Positions 39,858 through 52,208 are shown, counted from the first letter of the stretch. The stretch: 64,000 nt of DNA from Eledone cirrhosa (GCA_964016885.1 OZ024740.1:372186001-372250000); one strand, 5' to 3'. Notes: generated by a model not told the origin, from the letters alone. Program-made: numbers and translations.

Positions 39858-39859
<2 letters not shown>
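36886..39859 (+). mobile_element. Tx1/L1-clade element A: ORF1-only (HAL1-like) derivative with about 3.05 kb of ORF2 deleted
   Basis: Flanked by (TTA)n. The ORF2 start (39231-39311) is fused to the ORF2 end (39312-39597). The 3' UTR ends aataaagaaatc, as in element B. Confidence 0.9.
37099..39195 (+). CDS. Intact Tx1-type ORF1p (698 aa; low-complexity arms, conserved core, CCHC zinc knuckle)
   Basis: ATG in aaaaaaacATGGCT context and an uninterrupted frame. It contains CFRCGSKTHLRAFC (CX2CX4HX4C) and is homologous to element B ORF1. Confidence 0.88.
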   Translation: MATKKKFHTSLPLIPSSSSSIITTAERRLSLSLPSLNVSLSLPSLSQATKEKKSLVQSVQGFSTTTTTATKQVCGKYENPVHSSDVRNNSSSSRNNNSNSDNENNSSSRNSITSSINNNSISSSNTNNNHSNSGGGSSRSTCSNNKSTSSSDDNNNSREKPISFAGIAKNLETILITNEELEEAKKMVTKNGHRAICKAAEKFFETQEHCTVTYRTVSTKSRRVERATEAQIQKALGSVWQRKTHITRGKKYATVDVLFATPQEAKAQSVMTLRSEEMVLVPSYCGQKIVRVKLTHVPPGMTPSWLAASVLVGIEDKTTVLQVQKKVREDWVGSSIEMLIQINQECIEAIPDVIDFDNGTQLPISVEGKRPKCFRCGSKTHLRAFCNEKTLRKEKTPLLPNPAPRLPATGQAATRNDRPVAPIPTPRKSKTAAAVEILTTTTAIPNAAATETPVQTSPTTTSERVELVPLPDLTESDMECEVGERWQKVVRRHKRRSSASSPLKREERNEKRVKSTAKRPTAATTPTPSPPTLAPPSPPATTPPPTTPSTPPPQAPTSQTQQQNTHTQQQRQENSRTTPHPQKNKCTAINTHNKKLMTYIIEHTDISQQDYIIPAPIKTPTNIRLLKIAQKQYTNIKTKFPNAVGDFRDLEGTINRRVYSDILLEEPSTSRRDDSTVPSPDDQVKRDVKTIPPLPKVR

Positions 39860-39892
<33 letters not shown>

Positions 39893-40102
39893 GGCGACCT
39901 ACGTAGGAAATCGTATTATCGTGAGCTCCGCAAAGGTTTGTTATTTCCGTTTGTTTAAAAATTGCCATTTATGGAAAATTTTATTGTAAACTGTTTATAA
40001 GCACACATACATTGTTTTCCGAAAAGGACACCCAAAAAGATTGGGGCCTTGTGCCCAAAATTTTAACTTTTATTATTATCCAAAAATTTCTTTGAAAAAA
40101 AA

Positions 40103-42087
40103 ATGGCTAATTCCCCTCTGCACGAAGCAGCTAAAAGCCTTCCTCACAAAATAACACCTCACACCGACACCTCCATTGCAAATGTTACTACGTTTGCCAA
40201 CACAAAAAAAAAATATAAGCAGTAGCAATATTTTAAATTTGTCTCAGGCAGACATTCATTTCCCGCCATTACCAATGACTGCAGGTGTTAAACCCTCCAC
40301 CACCACCACCACCGCAACAACCACCACCACCACCACCACCGCGACAACAGAAACAAAAGAAGAAAAAAATAAATTAACTCGTGACGTCGAAATGAAATCA
40401 AGCAAAATGGACTCTTCCCCACCAAAGACGACTGACGTCACAACCACCACAACTGAAAATAAAATTAATATTAACGATAGCAACAACAACAACAATGACA
40501 TTATAAAACCGACCCTCAGTTTCGCCATCGTAGCAAAACAATTCGAAGCGTTCACGGTAACCCAAGAAGATTTAGAAAATGCCAAACAAATGGTAAAGAA
40601 AGATGGGTACAGGGTCAGCCTCACCCCCCCACCTAATAAAATGGAGCATCGGCGCCTGTGCACCGTGTCGTATAGAACAATAAATGTAAAATCGCGCCGA
40701 GTGGAACGGGCATCCGAGTCCCAAATCCAAAAAGCTTTGGGACATGTGTGGGCAAGAAAAACCCACATCAGACGTGGGCAAAAGTATGGAACCGTGGATG
40801 TGTTCTTTGAAACACCAGAGGAGGCTAGAGAACACTCCATGGCCCCATTAAAAAGTGACGACCTCACACTCGTCCCAAGCTATTGTGGCCAGAGACTCGT
40901 AAAGATCAGGGTGACCCACGTTCCACCGGCCATCGAAATTCCCTGGCTAATAGCGGCTGTCCTCACCGGCATCGAAGCCAACACGAAAATAATAGCAGTA
41001 GCAAAAGAAAAGCAGGAAGACTGGTCCGGATCTGGGATGGAGCTCCTGATCCAAGCGGACCAAAAAAGCATTGAGGAGATCCCAGAGGTAATAGACCTCA
41101 CTGACGGCAGCCACCTCACGGTAATTGTCGAGGGCAGAAGACCTAGGTGTGTCGTTTGTGGTGAAGGAACCCACCTAAGGGCTTTCTGCCCTCAGGCTAA
41201 AAGGTTGAGGCCACCTCTCCTACCCACCCCAGTGACAAAACCATCAACACCACCAGTAGCAGAGATGGCAGCAACAACTGTAGCAGCAACAACAGAAGCA
41301 ACTATAACAGCAACAACCCCAGCAACAGTAGCAAAACCAACACCACTACCACCACCAGCAAAACCAACACCACCACCACCCAACGCTTCAGAACTAGCAC
41401 CAGCGCCTACACCATCCACCACACCACAACCAAAACTAACGGCTGTGGAGGATTTTCCACTCCCCGGCCTATCACAACTGGAGACAGATTGTGACGACGA
41501 GGAGTGGGAAACGATATCCGGAAAAAAAAAAGAAACCAAAAAAGAAAAAATTCTCTTCCTTCCCCCTCCAAAAACAAAATACAGAGGGAAACAAATAAAC
41601 TAAGAAACAAAAAAGTTAGGACAGATATGCCACCATCCACACCAGCATCACCAACCCCATCAACCCAAACACCAACACCATCACCATCATTATCCCCAGC
41701 ACCACCATCACCTACACCACAAAATCACCAAAATTCGAAACAGAAACAAACCCACAACAAACGCAAACAAAACAAAACAACCAAAACGATACACACTACA
41801 CAGCATTAAATTTGAACAACAAGCAATTATTACACTACATCCAACACAACACCAGCATCACAGAAAAAGACTACACAACAACCCCAAAATTCACACCACC
41901 TCCACACATACAAATCACTCGCATCACACAGAAAACGTACATGACACTAAAACAAAAATTCCCCAAAGACATCGGAGACTTCCGACAAGCACTCTCCAGG
42001 AGGATTTATAAGGACATCCTTCCTGAGGAGGCCACAAACAGTGAAAAGGATGGAAAAGCCGTCCTTCCCCTACGAGAAGTAAGGTAA
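40103..42087 (+). pseudogene. Tx1-type ORF1 with frameshifts
   Basis: ATGGCT at 40103 and CVVCGEGTHLRAFC. Frame breaks near the A-runs at about 40205 and 41525, and near 41800. Confidence 0.85.
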
Positions 42088-42121
42088 GTGGTCTTTCCCA
42101 TCTTTTCCACTCCTTTTGAAC

Positions 42122-45100
42122 ATGACCTCACTCAGAATAGGCAGCATAAATGCGCGTGGCTTGGGGTCGTCATGGAAGCAGGGCCACCTGCTCAACGACC
42201 TCAGGTCACTAAACATAGATGTAGTGGCCATCAGCGAGACCAGAATCTCCGAAGCACAGGGTTTCGCACCGATCTTCGGCGGCTACGATGTGTACGCATC
42301 TCCCAGCCGTCCGGGATCGGGGGGAGGAGTTGCTGTGCTTTTTCGGAGAGGTTTGGATCTTGCCATACGGGCCATCTTCCTGGACCCAGAAGGTAAGTTG
42401 GTGGTGCTGGACGTGACCAACGGAGACGGGCAAGCTTTCAGGTTAGTGGCCGTCTATGCCCCGACAGGAGCAGGGCGGCCTGATTTCTTCCGGCGTCTGG
42501 AGACCTTTCTTGGAACGTCCCGCTCTTTAGTGTTAGTGGGCGACTGGAACGGGATCTTAGATGCACGCTGGGATTGTGTGGGATTAGTGGATAGGGAAGG
42601 AGGGTGAAAGAGTCTCACCAACCTGCTCAGACGTTTTGAACTGTCTGACAGGTACCGAATGGATTTCCCGAATGTACCAATGTGGACTTGGACAAATCGC
42701 AAAGGGTCATCCAGATCATATCTAGATAGAGTATTTTGTAGGGAAATAGATAGGTCTAGCATAGGCTGTCCACAATTCAAGATAGTCAGCTACACGGACC
42801 ACAAATTCGTGATCTGTGTGCTTGACTTAGATAGGCTTCATAGACGAGGACCCGGCTACTGGAAGCTAAACGCGTCCTTACCAGCGCGCAAGGCCTACAG
42901 AGACCGGATTAGCGAACTAGTTAAGCGGGCGTTGACGGGGGCCATCGTCAACAACAAGTGGTGGTTTGCTCTGAAAAGAGCAATTAGAATAGAGTCCATT
43001 AGGTTTAGTAAGACTTTAGCAATAGAGAAAAATAGAGCAGAGGGAGAATTAGTTAGAAAATTAGATGAGGCGCTTAGCAAAGGCATCGCGACCGACGTAC
43101 TTGCGGCGAAATTGGCCCTTGACCAATTCTTCAATGCAAAGCACGAAGGCTGCGTTGTCAGAGCTAGGGTGCGTGCTCTCAGACACGAGGGGACGAAAGC
43201 CGTTCAATGGGCCCGAGTGGCGGAGGCGCGTCGTGGCAACAAAGCCACGATCCGGTCTTTGGTGGACCACGACGGGCGTATGCTACTCGATCCCGGGCAA
43301 ATGTGTGAAGCTTTTCAGCGACACTTCGCTCAACTGTTCGGGGGCAGTGGCGGGCCGGATCGAGGGATGGACTTTAGTGTCTACCTCGACGGACTGCCGC
43401 GGCTTTCGGCCACTGAGGCGGAGTGTTGCGAAAAGCCGATAACAACCGCTGAAGTACGGGATGCAATGACTAGTTGCACAAGGGGCAAATCGCCTGGTTT
43501 GGATGGTCTGCCCTATGAACTTTACGTACAAATGCCAAACTTGTTCGGAGGCCTCTTGGCGGACGTCTACTGCAACTGGCAACAGAACGGGAGAATTCCC
43601 AGCTCTGTGAGCCGAGGAGCGGTGGCGCTGCTGAGAAAGGATCCGAACAAGGGGGATAACATAGATAATTTTAGGCCCATAACTCTGCTAAACACAGAGT
43701 TCAAGATTTTGGCCAAGGTGCTAGCAAAGAGGTTGGCGCTTGTCGTTGGTGGTCTGGTGGGAGAGGCACAGACATGCGCCATTCCCGACAGATCCATCCA
43801 CGACAACCTCCACCTCATGCGATACATCGTAGAGAGGGTAGCTAGGGAACCTGGCACGGGTGGGTCTTTGATCAATTTAGATTAGTCGAAAGCCTTCGAT
43901 AGGGTCGACCATCGTTACCTAGCGGCAGTCCTGAGGGCGGTTGGCTTTGGGCCCGTCTTCAGAGGCTGGATCGCTGCCATGCACAGCGACATCTGCTCTG
44001 TAGTGAGAGTCAACGGTCACCTTTCGGAACCGTTCAACATCATGCGCTCAGTCCGCCAAGGATGTCCCCTCTCGTCCCTATTGTACGTATTGACTCTCGA
44101 GCCATTACTGCACAAACTGGAGACGTTGAGGGGGGTCCCGCGCGAACTAGGATGCGGAAGATCCGTGTCAGCATATGCCGACGATGTCACCGTAGTGGTG
44201 TCGAGCGCCAAACACATCGAGGCGATCGGCACTACACTAAGAGAATACGAAGCGGTGACAGGAGCAATGATCAACCAGGAAAAGTCAGTGGGCCTGCAGC
44301 TCGGCACCTGGAGAGGCAGGTCCATGCCGTCCAACAGCGTCGTCGGGCGCTGGACGGACGGACCGGTTAAATTGCTAGGGGTCTGGTTCGGTCCAGACCT
44401 CCAGACGGACAAAAACTGGGACGAGGTGACGAGCAGGGTGGCTTCTCTCACCCAGAAATGGGCCGAGAGGAAGCTATCCCTGAAAGGTCGAGCGGAGGTG
44501 GCGAATGCGTACATCGCATCCGTCATCTACTACCGCCTGACCGTCGTACCTTGTCCTAAGCCCGGCCTGACTGCGCTGGAGCGTTTGCTCTTTCGCTTCT
44601 TGTGGAAGGGACGCGCTCCGATGGTCAGGCGGTCCATCTGCTGTCAACACCCGCTACGTGGAGGGCTGGGCATGCCGTGGCTGATGATGCGCAGACACGC
44701 GCTCAGGCTACGACATCTCCACCTTTTCCTCGACGGTGATCAGGTGTGGTCGCCGTTTGCAAGACACGTTTTTCCCCAGCTCGTCTCCTTGACGGAGCTG
44801 CAGTCCTGGGTCAAGCGAAGACCGAGAGGGAGCGCTTGGAGACTGGAATGTCTTCAGGCGCTCACAGCCCTCGACCAATCGGGCAATGTGATCGGTGGAA
44901 ACTCCACCTTGGCGTTCTATAGGGGATTAGTGGAGGGAAAGAGCGACGACGTACTTGGAGAAACTCTAGGCGTCGACGAAAATCAACTAGCCAATCTCTT
45001 CGGAAGGACTTTCGGGCCGGGGCCTATGGACAACTTCCAGAAATCCCTGGCCTGGCAGTGCTACCGAGGAGCTTTGCCAGTTCGGGATAAACTCTACAGG

Positions 45101-45540
45101 CATGGAGGTACCGTCAGACGGGCATGTCCGAGATGCGCGCAGGGCGACGAAACCGTCCTGCACGCACTCGTCCAGTGTCCGAGCATTGCTGACTTGTGGG
45201 TTTATGTCGACACCTGCTGTCACGTGTAGGACGGATCCAGCTATCAGCTGAGTCCATCGTGAGGATTGCCCCGCCCCCTTCCTTTAGCCTGGAAGGGCAG
45301 GCAGTTTTTATCTGTCTGGTGGCCATGGCGAAAGAGATAGTATGGTGGACACGTTTGAAAGGGCTGAAGACGAGCACTTACCTCTTCGGTGATGCCCTGA
45401 TTAACTTTTTCAAATTTCATTTGAAAAGGAAAATCAGGGTAGAGAGGGAAGTGCTCTCTTCCCAGCATTTTGTTGAAAGATGGGTGAGAGAAGCAAGTAT
45501 GGCCCGAATGAATGGGCCTTCTCTGAGTATGTGTCTGTAA
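42122..45540 (+). pseudogene. Tx1-type ORF2 (APE endonuclease + reverse transcriptase)
   Basis: SINARG, ISET, VYAP, GDWN, SYLDRV, TDH, WKLN, KSPGLDG, FRPITLLN, D*SKAFDRV, VRQGCPLS, YADD and CPRC..ETVLHALVQC. In-frame stops at 42605 (TGA) and 43883 (TAG), and a frameshift near 45210. Confidence 0.95.
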
Positions 45541-45782
45541 ATTAAAGGTGGAAAACTGGGAGAGGGCACTTGCCCTGGTGGCCAGGGCCACTGTGGTCTT
45601 TTAATGGGCTTTCTCCACAAATGTCCCTTGGAAGTCTCCCCCCTATTGGGGAATTTTTCTTTGTTATTTTATTTCAACCTCTGTTTTTTTTACACGCAGA
45701 AATGCCCATTTGTACCGTCCTGTATTGGCCTGTACTGTCCTTAATGTCTACTTTATGTAAACCCTTGTGGTTAATAAAGAAA

Positions 45783-45813
<31 letters not shown>

Positions 45814-45814
<1 letters not shown>

Positions 45815-48800
45815 TGCATTTATCTTGCTTTATGTTTATACGAGTTATCACCAAGTCACAACCAGTGACCTCAAGAGACAACAAGGTCCGCCATGTTCAA
45901 GAAAGAACACACATATTCACACATGCATCCTTAGTGTTTAGACTTGTGATGTACTTATATTGACAGGATCTTCCTTAGTATATGGGCAGTTCCCATTAGT
46001 ACTATCTTTTGTATTTCTCCTATACGCGGGTTTCCTGGGATTTGCGATAAGTAGTCGTTAGACCCCTTAGGTATCATTCCCAGAGCGCCTACAACCACTG
46101 GTATTGTTTTAGTTCTCAATTTCCACATTTTTCCAATTTCTATCTCCAGGTCCTTATACTTGCTCAATTTTTCAAATGTTTTTATAGATACATTCTTGTC
46201 TATTGGAACAGACATATCAATTAGCAGGCATACCCTCCTTTGAAAGTCCTTCAATATTATATCAGGTCTATTTGCATCTATTTTTCGGTCTGTTTGGATG
46301 CTAAAGTTCCACAAGATTGAGATGTGATCTTTTTCAAGTATGGGAGGTGGTTGATGCTCCCACCAATTCTTTTGATGGGGCAGGTCAAAATGCTTGCACA
46401 TTATCCAATGTATGTATTGTGCAGCTCTGTCATGCCTGTTTAGGTATTCGGTTGGAGCTATAGGACTGCACATTGAAATTATATGGTCAATGGTCTCTGG
46501 TTGTTTTTTGCACACACGGCATAATGGGCTGCACCCATTTTTTATTATGTTGGCTTGGTAATTTTTTGTTGGCAGACACTGATCTTGTGCGGATATAATC
46601 AGTCCTTCAGTCTCCGATTTCAGTCCAGAGGATGCCAACCACTGATGGGTTAAAGTTTTGTCAACATCAGGATTGTTAGCTCGCTCTGGGTATTTTCCAT
46701 ACAGAGGCTTTTCTTGCCATTTCTTAGCCAGTTTCTGTAGCAGTTCTTTCTTTGCAGTTACTTTTACCTGCTTTGCTTTTTCTGTGTTTTCCATTTCAGC
46801 AGTAAATGGGACTTCTGAAATTTGGAGTCCATTACTGTATCTTTGTGCATCTTTTGTAATGGAATATGATCATTTGGTGCTTTCGTGTTTCAAAACGAGT
46901 TTGATCATCCAATCATGTGATTCCCTTAGATATGTGGATAATCCAATTGTTGCAGTTTTCAACGCAATGTATAACTGGATTAACCCACGTCCTCCTTCTT
47001 TCCTAGGGAGATATATTCTATCTATGTCTGCCTTAGGGTGATGCATTCTGTGCATGGTTAAGAATTTTCGGATTTTTGTATCGAGCCTACGGATCTCTGT
47101 GCTTGACCAGTTGATGACATTGTAACTGTAGGTTACTACTGGTATGGCAAGCGTGTTTATGGCATCGATCCTATTCCTTGCATTCAATTCCGTTCTTAAG
47201 ATTGCTCTGACTCTGCGGTAACATTCCTTCCTTATCCTTTCCCTCATTGTCGAGTGCTTGATTCCGTCTCCTTCACAAACACCTAGATATTTGTATGTTT
47301 GTTCTTGATCAAGCTCTCTTATCACGTTCCCCCGATCAAGATTAATGTCTGAACTCTTCAGCAGCTTTCCTCTGGTGAACGTTGCTTTGGCGCATTTATC
47401 CAGTCCAAACTCCATTTTAATGTCATCACTGAACTGCTTCACAGTGGATAATAGCCCTTGCAATTGTTCATCATTTTTTGCAAATAGTTTCAGGTCATCC
47501 ATGTAGAACAGGTGATTAATGGTTTTGTCATAGACTCTATATCCATGTTTTGTTTCATTGAGCATTTTACTTAATGGTATAAGTGCGATGCAGAATAAAA
47601 GCGGTGATAAAGAGTCACCCTGAAAAATTCCACAATTAATGTTAACTTCTCCAGCTTCCAGTGATTTTGTTTCACTATTCAAAAGGAGTGTCGTTCTCCA
47701 TGTCCTCATACTGAATGACAAAAACCTCCTGACAACGGGGGATATTTTGAAAATCTCTAAACATTTTTCAATCCAACTGTGTGGCAAACTATCAAATGCT
47801 TTTTTATAATCTATCCAAGCAATCGATAGATTTTTGTGTCTATTATGACAATCTTCCAGTATCATTTTGTTAACCAGAAGCTGATCCTTACAGCCATATG
47901 AGCCTCGTTTACACCCTTTCTGCTCAATGGGAAATAGGTCATTTGTTATCAGGTGGTCATATGTGTATTCAGTTAGGACTGATGTTAAAATTTTATACAT
48001 TGTGGTCAAGCAGGTTATCGGTCTGTAATTTTTGGGATTGTTTGTCTCATCATTCTTCGGTAGCAGGAATGTAATGCCGTTAACTAGCCATGATGGTATC
48101 TTTTCTGGCTCCTTAACTATTTCATTGTAAAGTTGGGCTAACAGCTCATGAGACTCTGTGAAGGCATTTATCCAAAAGTTTTGTATTTTGTCTTTTCCTG
48201 GGGATTTCCATTTGCTGGTTTTTCTTAGAGCCAAGCGCAGCTGTTCAACTGTTATATTTTCCCATGTTTGTTCTTCAAGGTGAGCTGTTTCTTTCATTTG
48301 TCTGTCTATCCATGGGGCATGTATGTTATGAACTTTTTCTTCGGCCCAGATCTTTTCCCAGAATTCTTGCACTTCCTCCTTGGGTGGTATTGATTTAGCA
48401 GTTATTGTTGACTTACCAATTTTTCTGTAGAAGTTTCTTTGGTTGTTTTTGAACATATTATTGTCCTTATAGAATCTAGATCGTTTTTCAAAGCGCCTTA
48501 TACGAGCAGCTTTGGCCGACACTTTTTGCTTGATTGTTTCTATCAGCATGTCTATGTCACATGTTGATCTTATACTGTACTTTTTTTTCCAATTTTCTAA
48601 GTTTAGTTTGTTTAACATGTTCACCTACTTTATAGTTTGTTAACATTTCTATGTCAGATCGGAGAAGGTTTATTTGGCGATTGATGTTATCTTGCCAAGT
48701 AGATTTCTTGTGGGAATTCCTTTGTTTTTTCATCTTCACTCCACATAAGTGAGTTGTGACTTTAGCCGATGTATAATAGAGATGATTTAAGTCAGTAATG

Positions 48801-50713
48801 CTCAGTTTGTTTGTGATGATAATGTTTTTGAGAATTATGTTAGTCTTGTGTATTATCTTTTGGTTCTGTTTGGAGTTCTGGATCTTAGGGAGGGTGTCTC
48901 GTTCCCCCATGTCAGATTCTTTCATTTTCATCCATTCGATCATAATTTCATCCTTCAAGTTGGCAAGTTCATTCTCATTCATTTCTTTATCTTTTACGAT
49001 CTCATTATTTTCATTTGGAGTTTCATCCTGAGCATGCACTCCCTCCACTTTTTCGCTCCTTTCTTTAATTTGTTCTGTTGCCAATGATTCCGCCCCAACT
49101 CTGGGATTCGAAGTGTTACAGTTTACCTCGTTTTCACTGACACATGCTTCATTTTCCCTTCGCTGACTTTGTGCTACTAGCTTGATCTGATCAATTTCTA
49201 TATCAGTTAGTAACTTTTTTCTTACAATATTTCTTCGTATATTGGCTAGTTTGTTACTGTCAATATAGCCTCTGTTTTCGGGATGTTTCTTTTTCCAGTT
49301 GATATATGTTTGCTCTGTATTCGATGTATTTGATGGGTAGTACATGGCAGTGTAGAAAGCCTCAAGGACTTCTTTATTATCTTCCCTTGACCATTTTTCT
49401 CTCTTTTTCTTTGGATTTCTTGGTGGTGAGCATGGAGGGCCAACAGTAGGAGTATTCCGGTTATGGGAGGTCTCCAGCTCCGAAGTGATGGGAAGGTTTG
49501 AACCATTAGCTGATTTTTCGACCCCAGTCTGGTTCCTCTCTGAGGGACGCGGCCCTTTTTTACCCGGGTGACGGCCGATCCGGTATGAGATTTCATCATT
49601 AGACATCTACTTTATTTTGTCGCGTTTTATCCTTATCCGCCAAGGGGTAATCTTTTCGTGTTACCACTTCTAGAACGAGTGTCAACCAAGACTAGAGGGG
49701 TCGTTCTCCCCTAGAGACATGGCTATTCCCCGCCGGCCGCCATCCCGGTATTTCTTGGTCACGGGGTTTTCTTTTTGTTGTTTTTTTTAAATTGTTATTA
49801 TCATGAGTGGTTCCTTAATGTGAGCATTGCGTGGCTTAAGAATGAAATTATTAATAATTGTCTCCACTCCAGGCCAGCAATCACCCAGTGCATTACAATA
49901 ATATAATATACTTTTTGTTGTAGTTGGCTGTTATTGCTGCTGGCTATGTCGGTGGTGGTGCCGGGGCTTTTTATATTGTTGGTGAGGAAGGGGTGAGCCA
50001 GCAGTCCCATAATTGTTGATGTAGACGTTTGTCCGTGGCAAGGTCACCAAGTCAATCTATTTATATCTTTTGCTAGCCTCTCTCTTGTCTAGTGCTACCA
50101 CCACCTTCCCTTTTCTCTCTCAAGTTAACAGGGGAATAGTGTCAGTAGCATTGAATGAGTGGTGGCGGCGATGATGGATGTGGTGAGGTGGTGGCAGCGG
50201 TGGTGTTGTGGTTACTGATATAGTATCTATGAGTTTGTGTTCGTATGTTTAATATATATTTTCATTATATTTTGTGTTGACATATTCCCGTAAAATTTGA
50301 ATTAAACATTTTTTTAAATTTGAGACATTTTTTTAAATTTGAGACAATAATAATAGTAATTATTATTATGATGCCGGTGAAGTTGCCGTTATATTTAGTG
50401 TGATGGGATAGGTAGTGTATCAAGTTTCTGGTGTTGGTGAAATTGAAATTGCCGCTGTTCTATATAGTGTAGACAGAGGGTGTTTTGTTCCATTTATAAC
50501 CATTTTCTTTTTTTGAATACAAAATATATAATACAAAATTGAATATTTGAGCGATACAACAATATAATATGGATCCGAAACTTTATGGGACCTCATTCGG
50601 TGCCTTTATGCAACATTTGTGCTAAGAATTGTTCTTTCACAATTGATTTAAATATGTTAAAAATCAAAAAACTTACGGGAGCAATTTCGTGACGTTCTAC
50701 CACCTCGTGCGTC
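45814..50713 (-). mobile_element. R4/Dong-clade non-LTR retrotransposon, copy 2
   Basis: Near-identical to copy 1, with (TTA)n at both flanks. Confidence 0.93.
45955..49606 (-). pseudogene. R4/Dong ORF (RT + REL), nearly intact
   Basis: One frameshift at the T-run near 48585 and one stop at 46870. FYMDD, CCHC, RHD and PD..D..K..KY motifs are intact. Confidence 0.95.
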
Positions 50714-50764
50714 TTCTTCCCTTCTTCCCTTATTATTATTATTATTATTATTGTTATTGTTATT

Positions 50765-51102
50765 CCTTGAATCTCAGTCATTGATGTTGGTTAACTGGAA
50801 AGTCCGTTGGATTGAATATCAAGCCACTACCTGCAGCCTCAGATATTCAGGACGTATCGGAGGGTTCTTGCCGTTCCAAGCAAGCATGCCTTTTGAAGCG
50901 TTCCAAAAAGCGTGAAGGGGCCGATTTTCTTTAACCATCCCTGGAAACCTTTGGAGATAGTCCCCAGTGCGCCTATGACAATCGGGATCACTTTGACTTC
51001 ATGGCAGTTCCAAATCCTTTTCACCTCCCACTTTAGGTCCTGGTATCGGTTAATTTTCTCCCTCTCCTTCTCTTGCACTCTCGTGTCGAACGGGCAGGCC
51101 AC
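50765..51102 (-). mobile_element. 5'-truncated fragment of a second R4/Dong family (REL C-terminus + 3' UTR)
   Basis: VACPFDTRVQEKEREKINRYQDLKWE..VIPIVIGALG..LQKACLLGTARTLRYVL, with (TTA)n on both sides. Confidence 0.88.
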
Positions 51103-51139
<37 letters not shown>

Positions 51140-51151
51140 TCTTTCTCCTCG

Positions 51152-51212
51152 TGCAATGGCCATACTCGATAACGAGGGGGCAGCCATCATCATGTATATA
51201 TGTATGTATGTA
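51152..51212 (+). mobile_element. Isolated RTE-type 3' terminus with (TATG)n tail
   Basis: tgcaatggccatactcgataacgagggggcagccatcat, containing the ctcg-ataa-cgag hairpin. Nearly identical to 52866-52905. Confidence 0.65.
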
Positions 51213-51616
51213 TGTTCTTCTGGTTTTATAATTTTATAATTTGTTGTCAATAGAGAGAGAGTGGGTTTCTAACATAGACACAAGACTCTCTCATTGAAAT
51301 GTACACAACATCAACTAGCTAGATATGTATCCATGTCTGCATGCATGCATGTGTGTGCAGGTATGGATGTTATTGTAGGTGTGGGTGTGTATGTTTGGGG
51401 TTGTATGTGTGCATGTGCATATGCTTTGTATATGTACATGTGTATATGCAGTTATTAGATGCAGAATCTTTGGAATGTTTTACATATTTCCACTGTTCCA
51501 TTTATTCATTGTACTTGTAATTTCCTAACTAGTCGTTAATGTATGTATGTATGTATGTATGTATGTATGTATGTATGTATGTATGTATGTATGTATGTAT
51601 GTATGTATGTATGTAT

Positions 51617-52170
51617 GTCGGGTCGTTGGCGACTAAACTGGCAACCCCACGAAGGTTTCTTGGTGAGGAGGGTGCCTTTGGACATCCTGCAGGACTAAAA
51701 ACAAAACCTGTCAAAGGGCAAATGAGCTCTTAAGAGTCAATGGCCATCCAAAATCACCGGGAGAGATGACCCCTTAGCCTTTGTCAAGGCAGAATTCTAG
51801 GAGAAGGAAAACTCTGATATAACATCTGCAACTCTGATGGTATCCAATGATGTTGACTTGTTCTTCTTTTTGGTAAATATCATCTTGGTTAAAAGAGAGG
51901 GACTGGCTTTGTACAGTGCCTTTGCTCACTATAAAAGCTTCACGGCACAGGCATTGCTTTATATCTGGATATCTCTCTGCACTTGTCGCCACATGGTATC
52001 ATGGGCCCAGCACTATGTGTCAATATTTGTCACACGTGTAGTGTCTGTATCAGAGTTTTCAAGTCGCTGGCTGGACTAAAATGTCACACTCGCTCAGCGC
52101 ATCGGTAGGGGTTCTCCTACATGGATATAAAGTAGTGGCCGTCCTCGAAAATGAGTTGGCAGCCACCTTG
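51617..52170 (+). mobile_element. Short non-coding RTE-derived (5'UTR+3'UTR bipartite) element in (TATG)n
   Basis: RTE 5'-UTR-like block ggcagaattctaggagaaggaaaactctg. The 3' end ggccgtcctcgaaaatgagttggcagccacc(tatg)n is homologous to the RTE-type tail. Confidence 0.6.
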
Positions 52171-52174
52171 TATG

Positions 52175-52208
<34 letters not shown>

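Larger units (their letters stand above)
39893..45784 (+). mobile_element. Tx1/L1-clade element B, full-length, two ORFs
   Basis: (TTA)n on both sides. ORF1 has a zinc knuckle and ORF2 has APE+RT+C-terminal Cys motif. AATAAA lies near the 3' end. Confidence 0.93.

Noticed and set aside
42605-42607. In-frame TGA in Tx1 ORF2 as possible selenocysteine or readthrough
   Set aside because: The same ORF also has a TAG in the conserved D(Q)xKAFD motif and a frameshift, and no SECIS was recognised. Ordinary decay is simpler.
37204-45941. Long antisense and alternate-frame ORFs over the Tx1 elements
   Set aside because: Shadow ORFs of GC-richer or low-complexity coding sequence with no independent motifs.
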